A DNA stretch of 64,000 bases. Origin: a virus. Below are positions 29,471 through 37,206 of this stretch, piece after piece. Position 1 is the first letter of the stretch; the number at the start of each line of letters is the position of its first letter. The notes under the pieces are model-generated. The model made no database searches, had not been told where the DNA came from, and saw nothing but the letters and a program-made list of their open reading frames with translations. The translations under genes were made by a program, and so were the position numbers. The stretch is taken from positions 96,001 to 160,000 of the IMG/VR virus record IMGVR_UViG_3300028800_000002; one strand, 5' to 3'.

Positions 29471-29733
29471 TGAGTGACCGCTTTCACGCCGCCGTTCTGC
29501 AGGTTAGAGCCGAGCAGTTCTTCGAGGAGAAGGCTGCTGCGGCGGATCACTGCGGTCTTACGCCAGTCGACTACGCACTGTTCAACAAGGCGGCATCCGC
29601 ATTCTGTAAACAGGCCGAGCCCCCTCCACCAAAGGGGGTTTCGGTTTCAGAGTGGGACAGGATTCTAACCAAGGTACCGACTAAAGGGCCCGCTGCTCGG
29701 CTAATAAAGCGCCAGAGCATTGCGACCAAGTGA
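29470..29733 (+). CDS. Small K-x-A motif protein
   Basis: TGATG coupling; EEKAAA, NKAAS, CKQAE. Confidence 0.6.
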   Translation: MSDRFHAAVLQVRAEQFFEEKAAAADHCGLTPVDYALFNKAASAFCKQAEPPPPKGVSVSEWDRILTKVPTKGPAARLIKRQSIATK

Positions 29734-29773
29734 ACTTTTTACCGTGATAGACTGAGAGAAGGAGCAAAACACA

Positions 29774-30538
29774 ATGGCTGGCAACTTCAGTGACTGGTCT
29801 CCCTACACGAACTACGTGCAGGCTGGTTTGGTCGATGGCGCGTACGCCAACGCAGGGTTCACCATGCTCGCTGCAGGTCCGCCTCGCATCTCGAACATCG
29901 GCGGGGCTGCCGCGTTTGCACAAGCTGTCAGCGGGACTGGGCAATCTGCCAACCAGATTGTACTTCCCGTCGGCATCGTGCAGAACTTCCAGCTCTCGCA
30001 CACTCGGCAATTCAATCGCATCTTTGAGATTGGTTCCGAGCGCAGCTACTTCATCACGGGCCGCACCGTGGGACAGCTGGGCCTTGGTCGCATCTACTAT
30101 CATGGTGCATCACTGCTGCGTACCCTGTACGCGTACTACCAGGACTTGCTCCCTCCGACGGTAGTGCCAGCGATGTTTCTCAACTCTGGCTCAGCCAGCA
30201 TGTCCAACCCGCACAATGTGGTAATTCCACCCGGGTACGAGAACATCTACATCAACTTGGCTTCGGACTTGTTCACGCAGCCCGTTGGCATGCTGATGTA
30301 TGTGCGGGACATCAATCAGGATGCTCTGGGCGCCGTGTACTTCGAGGCGTGCTACCTACCAAACCACACTTGGGCGACGGACGCTCAGGGCGTGCTCATT
30401 CAAGAGTCAGTGGCCATGCAGTTCGAACGGGCAGTGCCCGTGGCGATCTCAGCGTTGACACTCATCTCGAGCGCGACCAATCCCAATGCGGGTGGCTCTA
30501 ATACCAATGCGACCTTCCTAGGCATCCCCGGGTCCTAA
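29774..30538 (+). CDS. Tail tube protein
   Basis: VGIVQNFQLSHTRQFNRIFEIGSERSYFITGRT; follows sheath; strong RBS. Confidence 0.8.
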   Translation: MAGNFSDWSPYTNYVQAGLVDGAYANAGFTMLAAGPPRISNIGGAAAFAQAVSGTGQSANQIVLPVGIVQNFQLSHTRQFNRIFEIGSERSYFITGRTVGQLGLGRIYYHGASLLRTLYAYYQDLLPPTVVPAMFLNSGSASMSNPHNVVIPPGYENIYINLASDLFTQPVGMLMYVRDINQDALGAVYFEACYLPNHTWATDAQGVLIQESVAMQFERAVPVAISALTLISSATNPNAGGSNTNATFLGIPGS

Positions 30539-30915
30539 TGAGCGCGAGCACTGCTCCTTTTGTGCTGCAAGGCACGCTCACTGTGACGCTCCCTGGGCAG
30601 CCGCCGACGCCGCTGCCTTTCGGGCTTTCCGGGGCATTTTCCTCATTGATGAGCGAGCGGCTCATAATGTCGGGTGCTGGGACTGAAGACGTCTCTCTTG
30701 GAACTATCGTAGGAGCTAAGCTCTTGCTGCTCGAGTACGTTGCCGCTGAGGGAGCTGCCGCCATTACCCTGCACATCAATGGCAGCACCGATGGCCTTGA
30801 ACTTTCCCCAGGTGGGGTTTTACTTTATGGAAGCCCCAACCCAACTATTGGCCTCACTGCATTGAGTATTGAGCGCACGGTAGCTGCCGAGGTTCTCGTC
30901 CACGTCTTAGGCTGA
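30538..30915 (+). CDS. Hypothetical beta-rich virion protein
   Basis: TAATG coupling to the tube gene. Confidence 0.7.
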   Translation: MSASTAPFVLQGTLTVTLPGQPPTPLPFGLSGAFSSLMSERLIMSGAGTEDVSLGTIVGAKLLLLEYVAAEGAAAITLHINGSTDGLELSPGGVLLYGSPNPTIGLTALSIERTVAAEVLVHVLG

Positions 30916-30930
30916 TAAGCTAGTGGGGCT

Positions 30931-31617
30931 TTGCCTTCCCCGCCCCCTCGCCCACCCGTGCGACGGTCAAGTCACGACGATTTGGCCGCTGTACAAGCCC
31001 TAGACGACGCCGAATCGCGCGCCCGGGCATCCCTGCGTCTAGCGGAGGCGGCTGAGGACCGAGTAAACGAGCTCGAACATGCGCTCGCACGCGTTCGTGA
31101 TGACAATGAGCACGTTGAGACGGCGAACCGGCTGAGCATCGCAGACACAGTCGCCTTGCTTTCCATGGCCAAGGGGGGCGCTCCGGTGACCTCGGAGAAG
31201 CCCATCTCGGTTTCACCTACTGCCCTGACATTTCGCGGGCACCACTGGAAGATCGCAATTCCGTTGTCGGTGTTGATTACCGTTGTGCCGCTGGCTTGGG
31301 CATTGGTGAACGACTATCGGCAGATGAAGACTGATTTCAAGCAGCAGACGGATACCTACGCTGGCATGCAGAAGCGTGCTGATGCGCTCGAGCAACGACT
31401 AGCCGAGGTCACAAAGTCCAACAATGACCTTCGAGAGACGGTTGCCAAGCTGGCTGGCTACATCGCGGCTGCGCTACCCAACGCCGGCGTAAAAGTACCG
31501 GGTGCTGAGTTTGGGGCTATTGCAATGTCTGTTCAGGCGGACCCATTACCGCGAGGTGCCAAGAGGCAGACCCCGGTGGTGACCCACACGCTGGTTCCGG
31601 CCCCGAAACCACAGTGA
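30931..31617 (+). CDS. Single-pass membrane protein with coiled coils (lysis/spanin-like role possible)
   Basis: IAIPLSVLITVVPLAWALV transmembrane segment flanked by coiled coils; TTG start uncertain. Confidence 0.55.
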   Translation: MPSPPPRPPVRRSSHDDLAAVQALDDAESRARASLRLAEAAEDRVNELEHALARVRDDNEHVETANRLSIADTVALLSMAKGGAPVTSEKPISVSPTALTFRGHHWKIAIPLSVLITVVPLAWALVNDYRQMKTDFKQQTDTYAGMQKRADALEQRLAEVTKSNNDLRETVAKLAGYIAAALPNAGVKVPGAEFGAIAMSVQADPLPRGAKRQTPVVTHTLVPAPKPQ

Positions 31618-31653
31618 GTTGTCTTTCTGGGCACAAGGAAGGTAGACTGAACC

Positions 31654-32265
31654 ATGATGAATCGAGCCATAGCGGCAGCATTCGGTACCGACAAGTTAGC
31701 TGCTGAGGGCGGATGGAAGCCCATGAAGGGCGGCCTCCCATTGGCTGCTGCGGTTGGCGGTGCTTTGATTCTTCATGGAATGCACCGAGGCTCTAAGGTG
31801 GATTCTGCCCAGCAGAATGCCAGACAGGAGGCCAATCGAGCCTTTGAATCTAACCGTTTTGCTGGCACGGATGCCGCGTTACGCGGTGGAGTTCCATTGA
31901 CTCCTACAGGTTCCTCCATCTACGCCAACGAGCGTGCGGACAGCAACCAAGCAGGGGATTTCTCGCTGTTTGATAAGGGCGCATCCGCCGCTGGTATAGA
32001 GGCTGGGAGAATTCTTGCCAAGCACGCAGGTATCGGCGGGTCAGTTCTCGGTGGAATCAAGGCCATGGGTAGTGCGTTGGCACCCGGGTGGAAGACTAAG
32101 GCTCTCTTAGGAGCTGGTGCTGTCGGTGCAGGGCTGGCGGTAGCTAAAGGAGCACGTGCAGCGAACAACTTCATGCAGGCCCCATCTGGCGAACAAAGAG
32201 TAGGCGGGCACAATGCAGAATTACCCACGGCTGTAAGTCAATTCGGAGTTCCGACCATGGGTTGA
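31654..32265 (+). CDS. Putative internal head protein, glycine-zipper type
   Basis: TDKLAAE, DKGASA, AKHAG; two Gly-rich hydrophobic helices. Confidence 0.7.
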   Translation: MMNRAIAAAFGTDKLAAEGGWKPMKGGLPLAAAVGGALILHGMHRGSKVDSAQQNARQEANRAFESNRFAGTDAALRGGVPLTPTGSSIYANERADSNQAGDFSLFDKGASAAGIEAGRILAKHAGIGGSVLGGIKAMGSALAPGWKTKALLGAGAVGAGLAVAKGARAANNFMQAPSGEQRVGGHNAELPTAVSQFGVPTMG

Positions 32266-32334
32266 GGTAAGATGGTTTGAAATCTGGGCCGTGTAGGCCC
32301 GTAACTAGTTCCGGGCAAAGTATCGGAGGAAATT

Positions 32335-33738
32335 ATGTCTATCGGTTCAGGTTTATTCAGTAAGATGTTGTCGCATTTTAGCCACTTGGTGAAGCCCAGT
32401 GGTGGGTTTCAAGGTGAGTTCTTTGATCTGCGCAAGGACATCGTAACGACGCTTTCTCCTCTGAAGGCGTCTGTGATTCAAGAGTTTGATACTCCGGTTG
32501 GTCTTTCTGCACCGGGTACAACCACGCTACATGCAGCGGCGCTTTGTACAGCAGCAGCTTTGACCTATCACGCGAGCGATCTGGTCGCTGCTGGGTTGAC
32601 GCAGCTCACGGTTTGGTCTCGAATGCTCACGTTTACAAGTAGCGCTGCCGGTGGTGGTGATCAGACAGAGGTTCCGGCCTCCGTTGTAGTCACCGGGGTA
32701 AATGCCGCCGGTGCAACTGTCAGTGAGACCGTTGATTTGACCGGCATCGCCGGGTCTAATGCCGCTGGTACTGTTTCGACTACTAACACTTGGGCGTCGA
32801 TCACCAGTATTGTATTCGCTGCTGTGTCTGGTAGCACGGGCGCCAAGTCGAAGATGGCAGTTGGCATCAACGCTGCCTACATCCTCTACACGACCACCAC
32901 CACCGTTGCTCTAATGACGTTGACCGCTAGCCAGCTCGTTCAAACTGACTTGGCCAACAACCCTCGAGCTTTGGTGTTCACCACAGGCTCGTCGAACTAC
33001 GGCAATGTCCCCGCCACCGTACGCGTACTAGGTACTGACATCAACGGCTTCAAAATTGACGAGACGTTGTCATTGGCAAACACCTCAGGTGGTACTGCTA
33101 CTACGGTCAACTCGTTTGCCCACGTTACCAGCATGGCGTTTTCGGCAGCTACCGCGCCAGCACCTACGGTTGTTGTATCGCCATCCGCAGCATTTGGGCT
33201 TGCAAGGACCGCCAAGGCACGTTGTGGCTACACGCTGTTGCTGCATGAGATTGTAAGTGGTACCGGTTTAGTTACGAATGGCGTGCTGACTCCCCCAGTC
33301 GACACGGCATCTATCACGGGCACAGCAGACCTCACTGGCTCTGGTGTAATCGCTGGTCTGAACGGTGAGACTCTCATCATTCAGGCTAATGGTAAATCCA
33401 TTACAACAACGTTTGTCTCCCCTGTTACGGAGTTGGATGTGGTGACGCAGGTCAACGCTGCTTGCGATGCTGCAGGAGTGACAGGCGCAACAGCCACCAT
33501 AGTTTCAGGAAAGTACCTGAATGTTACGGTGTCGTCGCCAGACTTTGTCAGTACCCTTCGCGTCATGGGAGGTACTGCGAACACAGCGCTCGGGTTTACG
33601 AGCAATACGACAGCACCCAGCGCCCTCCCGTATGGCACGTATACCCCTGACAACTCGCACGCACCAACTGGCGCGCTGTCATACGCGATAACTTACGAAG
33701 CTGACGCTACCTTAGACAGAAACACGCAGCAGCGCTAA
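32335..33738 (+). CDS. Thr/Ala-rich beta-structured virion surface protein (decoration/fibre-like) with internal duplication
   Basis: GGAGG RBS; two copies of xLxFT..VPAxVxVxGxxxxGxxxxETxxL..T..T.NxxAxxTSxxF; one sheath-type module. Confidence 0.7.
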   Translation: MSIGSGLFSKMLSHFSHLVKPSGGFQGEFFDLRKDIVTTLSPLKASVIQEFDTPVGLSAPGTTTLHAAALCTAAALTYHASDLVAAGLTQLTVWSRMLTFTSSAAGGGDQTEVPASVVVTGVNAAGATVSETVDLTGIAGSNAAGTVSTTNTWASITSIVFAAVSGSTGAKSKMAVGINAAYILYTTTTTVALMTLTASQLVQTDLANNPRALVFTTGSSNYGNVPATVRVLGTDINGFKIDETLSLANTSGGTATTVNSFAHVTSMAFSAATAPAPTVVVSPSAAFGLARTAKARCGYTLLLHEIVSGTGLVTNGVLTPPVDTASITGTADLTGSGVIAGLNGETLIIQANGKSITTTFVSPVTELDVVTQVNAACDAAGVTGATATIVSGKYLNVTVSSPDFVSTLRVMGGTANTALGFTSNTTAPSALPYGTYTPDNSHAPTGALSYAITYEADATLDRNTQQR

Positions 33739-34259
33739 GTTAGCCACCAGTACACAGGAAGCTCCGTCACCGGTACATCAAGTCCGGGACGGGGCCTTTC
33801 TGTTGGTGGTCTTTGACGCTTCACCCGTTGCGCTGGTCGTGTTTCTTGTGCCGCTGAGTTCTTAGGTGTTGGGCTCTTCTTGGGCGGGACGCTTTGGTGA
33901 TAATCGAGTGTAGCCAGATTGAGCAAACGTCTGTCGTTTGGGTTCAAGTGCTTGACTGATGCGCTCCCAGACGCCAAGCGTTGTAGGAGTTCTCTGCACT
34001 CTTCTCCGTACTTCTCTGGGCAGCTCTGGAAGTCCTCGACCAAGCGGGTCTGGTCCCCGAGAGTTCCATCGAAGAGGTCCGAAAGACGCCGGTTCACCGT
34101 CTCCGATGAACTCTCTCCGTGTTGCTTCACTAGTTCTTGGAAGGTAGGAAATTCCGGAAAGATCGGGGGTTGTATCTCCGGCAGGCAGGTCAGGCCTGGC
34201 ACAGGAACGTTTTCTTGGAAGGTTGATCTTCTTGTTGAGGAGCGTGTCTTCGTAGTCAT
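33735..34259 (-). CDS. Hypothetical protein
   Basis: 174 aa with a globular-looking core (DLFDGTLGDQTRLVEDF..RRLLNLATLDY); ends PVYWWLT. Confidence 0.6.
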   Translation of the reverse strand: MTTKTRSSTRRSTFQENVPVPGLTCLPEIQPPIFPEFPTFQELVKQHGESSSETVNRRLSDLFDGTLGDQTRLVEDFQSCPEKYGEECRELLQRLASGSASVKHLNPNDRRLLNLATLDYHQSVPPKKSPTPKNSAAQETRPAQRVKRQRPPTERPRPGLDVPVTELPVYWWLT

Positions 34260-34452
34260 CGAGAATCCCCGAACGGATAGCTAATAAAAAGTGGGCGCAG
34301 ATGCCGCCCATCACCTTGATCTGACTGGTAGGTGGGAGCCCTTGTTCACGTAGGCGCTCGTTGACAACGAACGTGTACTTTCTCAAGAGCTCCCATACTT
34401 CCGGGAAGAGCATTGGTCCCCACCGACCGTATCGTTGTTCCAGTTGCGTCAT
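33862..34452 (-). CDS. Hypothetical protein overlapping the downstream gene by 398 nt
   Basis: First ~80 aa look protein-like; class-2 promoter 7 nt upstream of ATG. Confidence 0.5.
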   Translation of the reverse strand: MTQLEQRYGRWGPMLFPEVWELLRKYTFVVNERLREQGLPPTSQIKVMGGICAHFLLAIRSGILDDYEDTLLNKKINLPRKRSCARPDLPAGDTTPDLSGISYLPRTSEATRREFIGDGEPASFGPLRWNSRGPDPLGRGLPELPREVRRRVQRTPTTLGVWERISQALEPKRQTFAQSGYTRLSPKRPAQEEPNT

Positions 34453-34459
34453 CGCTTCA

Positions 34460-34468
34460 AATATAACA
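34460..34468 (-). promoter_or_regulatory. Class-2 extended -10 (leaderless) promoter
   Basis: TG-T-TATATT, 7 nt, ATG 34452. Confidence 0.5.
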
Positions 34469-34471
34469 GGG

Positions 34472-35212
34472 CTACGCGGCGAGTTCCATCTCAGTACGTT
34501 CTGCTACGGGTGTGACCGCTAGATTCCTAGTCAGGCCATGTTCCCTACGCCGCTCTTCCTTTGGACCCCACACGAACCAAGCGTAGTTACTCGAGTCCCC
34601 TGGCATGGGCTTGCCACGTAGTTCTACCTTTTCATAGTCCGTGGGGTAGTTAGGGAACTTACCGTCGATCATGAACTTGATGCGGTCTGGTAACGGGTAG
34701 ACGTCGGGTGGGAAGTCACGCAGGAAATCGTTCTTGCCGTTGTTGGATCCGCCGCCAAGCCAATCCGTGCGCTGCAGCATGACTACGTACTCCGCGATAA
34801 CTAGACACTTGGATAGTATTTCGAAAGCCTTGGAGAATGGTGGATTTGTAATTGCCACGTCGAAGTAGCTTGGCCCTACATCGAGTCTTCGGTGATCCTT
34901 GGCGTTGAAGCCACCGATGAAATCTGTTGGGCAATGAATGAGGCGCTTTATGCCACCTGGGTAGATCAGTTGAGGCCCAGACGCTTCTAGGCGCGGTTTG
35001 CACTCAGCCCTAACCTCTACAGCTGTGAAACTAATGCACTTTGGTCGGTCTTCACAGATGGCTTGAATGATCCTCCCGTTACCCGCGCAGGGTTCAATCC
35101 AGTGCCCGACTGGTAACCAAACTTCTTCGATGAGACGACGGACGGCCCACTTGGGAGTTTCCCAGAGCTCTCCGAATGGCTTGTCGGCTTTTGTACGATG
35201 AGTAGATGTCAT
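34472..35212 (-). CDS. DNA amino-methyltransferase (N6-adenine/N4-cytosine type)
   Basis: WETPKW, WIEPCAGNG (SAM binding), ITNPPF catalytic motif. Confidence 0.85.
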   Translation of the reverse strand: MTSTHRTKADKPFGELWETPKWAVRRLIEEVWLPVGHWIEPCAGNGRIIQAICEDRPKCISFTAVEVRAECKPRLEASGPQLIYPGGIKRLIHCPTDFIGGFNAKDHRRLDVGPSYFDVAITNPPFSKAFEILSKCLVIAEYVVMLQRTDWLGGGSNNGKNDFLRDFPPDVYPLPDRIKFMIDGKFPNYPTDYEKVELRGKPMPGDSSNYAWFVWGPKEERRREHGLTRNLAVTPVAERTEMELAA

Positions 35213-35221
35213 GGTCCTTAC

Positions 35222-35614
35222 TTACCTTGTACCGCCAAACACTTTGTCTTTGATGCGCGGGTCTAGCACATTGCTGTCGTAAAGCAGTGTGCGAAGTTTG
35301 GCCGCTTCGGTATTCAACATTCCAGTTAGGATCCAGCTCCTGATGTGCGGGAAGATGACAGGTTCCTTGCAGCGCCTGCATGAGAACCCGATGACGGCCC
35401 CTGGATCGTCCGTGTCATCCTGTTCGAAGCAGCGCTCCTTCCAATCGTCTGTGCCCATGACCAGGCTGGTTTTACCTTCCATCCTGTAAAGTCGGAGGAC
35501 GACTAGGTTGCTTTCCTCCACGTCCTCGAACCAAGCGTGGCAGTTAGGGCAGCTGATGGGTAACTCAACAGGGACCTCAATAAACGCGGCGTGCTGAATT
35601 CGTACGGTTGGCAT
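35222..35614 (-). CDS. Zinc-ribbon protein
   Basis: CPNC..CRRC; GAAGG RBS. Confidence 0.65.
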   Translation of the reverse strand: MPTVRIQHAAFIEVPVELPISCPNCHAWFEDVEESNLVVLRLYRMEGKTSLVMGTDDWKERCFEQDDTDDPGAVIGFSCRRCKEPVIFPHIRSWILTGMLNTEAAKLRTLLYDSNVLDPRIKDKVFGGTR

Positions 35615-35615
35615 G

Positions 35616-36512
35616 TTACCTTCTGTTCCATTCTTTTCTGGCGAATCCCAGCGAGTCAATAATGTATTCGTAGAGGAGTGGGCGTAGTCTGGACTTGATC
35701 CATTCGGCGCGGATGGTTACCATCGGCTTTCCATGCTTGAATGCGTTTTCCATTCTTCGGGAGATTTGATTGGCTGTGCGCGCGGGTTTGAAGGCATCGT
35801 GCCCTTCCGCCAGCAGTATCTCTATAATTTCTCCGAAGTCTAATCCCCCATAGGATTCCTGCTCTACTCCTGAGTGGGTGATCGCGGCAAAGGCGAGTTC
35901 ACCGAAGTGAAATTTGTCGACGATGCATTTGGCTAGTACACGGCTGTGGAACATCGTATCGGAGTTTCTCAGGCTAAACATGGAGTCTGTAATGATGTCG
36001 TTGCTGAACAACAACCTTTTTAGCAGCCTCGCTATGTAGTCGTCGATGTACCCGGGCATTTCCTCCACTGCGGCCTGTGCCTGATGCGTATACCAGATGG
36101 ATGAAAATCCTTCGTAGTTCAACACCAGTGGTAAGTTGTACGGGTAGGTCCCGTGCGGTGTCTTGACGAAGCTGATGTGCTGTGGCTTTTGCAGTTGAGA
36201 TATGTGCTTGGAATAGATACTGTGACCAGCTGGCAGGTATTGATTCAGTCGTATATGCGTGGTGCGGCTGTACCACCCATGGTCATGGATCTCGAAAGTA
36301 CTGGGGTGAAATACCAGGATGGGGTTGCCGAATAGCCTGAGTTCATAGTTTGGGGCGGCGTCGCTTGTAAGATGGGGGTCAATGTAGCTCAGCGTGGTGC
36401 TGTTCTCTAGGTTCTTCTTGATGGGGCTGGCTTTTGCTTTTACTACCCCACGGCTCCCCTCCACTGCCGCCCGGTGCTGGCCCATGATGTACTTGGCTTG
36501 CTCGTAGTCCAT
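35616..36512 (-). CDS. Hypothetical protein (putative early/middle gene)
   Basis: 298 aa; GAAGGA RBS; class-1 promoter upstream; contains GWYSRTTHIRLNQYLP. Confidence 0.75.
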   Translation of the reverse strand: MDYEQAKYIMGQHRAAVEGSRGVVKAKASPIKKNLENSTTLSYIDPHLTSDAAPNYELRLFGNPILVFHPSTFEIHDHGWYSRTTHIRLNQYLPAGHSIYSKHISQLQKPQHISFVKTPHGTYPYNLPLVLNYEGFSSIWYTHQAQAAVEEMPGYIDDYIARLLKRLLFSNDIITDSMFSLRNSDTMFHSRVLAKCIVDKFHFGELAFAAITHSGVEQESYGGLDFGEIIEILLAEGHDAFKPARTANQISRRMENAFKHGKPMVTIRAEWIKSRLRPLLYEYIIDSLGFARKEWNRR

Positions 36513-36526
36513 AGTTCCTTCAAGTT

Positions 36527-36554
36527 ATTATTCCGCCAACCATGGCTGGTTTGT
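36527..36554 (-). promoter_or_regulatory. Class-1 bipartite promoter (weaker match)
   Basis: ACAAACCAGCCATGGTTGGCGGAATAAT, 14 nt before ATG 36512. Confidence 0.5.
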
Positions 36555-36628
36555 TGTAGTTGCTACAATTGTATTTGACTACTGGGCCATTCGTGCTTTT
36601 ATTGATTGGACTGGAGTCAAGGATTCGC

Positions 36629-37117
36629 ATGAACCATTTCGTATATTCAATGAACGGCAAGGCAGAGGCCCCCGCTGCGGGTGGCGACATGAGGAGTTGG
36701 TTCTTCTTCTATAAGTGGGATACCGGAGAGGGTGCATTCGTACCGGTGCCAGAAGCAGTGCAAAGTGCCAGGCCAGTGGCCAAAGACCTGCTCTGGTTTG
36801 TCCTTGATGGAGTCCCTTTGGGGTACGCCCCGGTCACGTCTGTCTTGGACGTAGACAATGGCGGGTACGAAGTCCACTACGATACGCAGCAGATAATTGG
36901 CCGTGATCAAGGGATCCCGTCGTTTGACTTGGCAGCGGGCACCGGTTTGGCTGATGGAGCTACTAGCTCGACTTTGGACCGTTTGAAGCATCTATTCGAT
37001 GCGACTTGCCCGGCCAGGCCGAGCAGTGCTTTGCCTCCTATGCCGGATGGAGTGCACCCTGGTAAACCCCCACCGGCGCCACTACCTCCCGCTTCTCCCG
37101 TGTCTCCGCGGTCCTAA
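36629..37117 (+). CDS. Hypothetical protein
   Basis: ATG 36629 with GGAG/AAGGA; TG-C-TACAAT at 36561-36569. Confidence 0.65.
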   Translation: MNHFVYSMNGKAEAPAAGGDMRSWFFFYKWDTGEGAFVPVPEAVQSARPVAKDLLWFVLDGVPLGYAPVTSVLDVDNGGYEVHYDTQQIIGRDQGIPSFDLAAGTGLADGATSSTLDRLKHLFDATCPARPSSALPPMPDGVHPGKPPPAPLPPASPVSPRS

Positions 37118-37206
37118 ACAAACACAGTTTCACGTTTCGATGCCCAATGGATCGTTGGGTATCCAGTCCCTTTTACCCAGCAAACAGTACAGGCAGGAAC
37201 TACATC

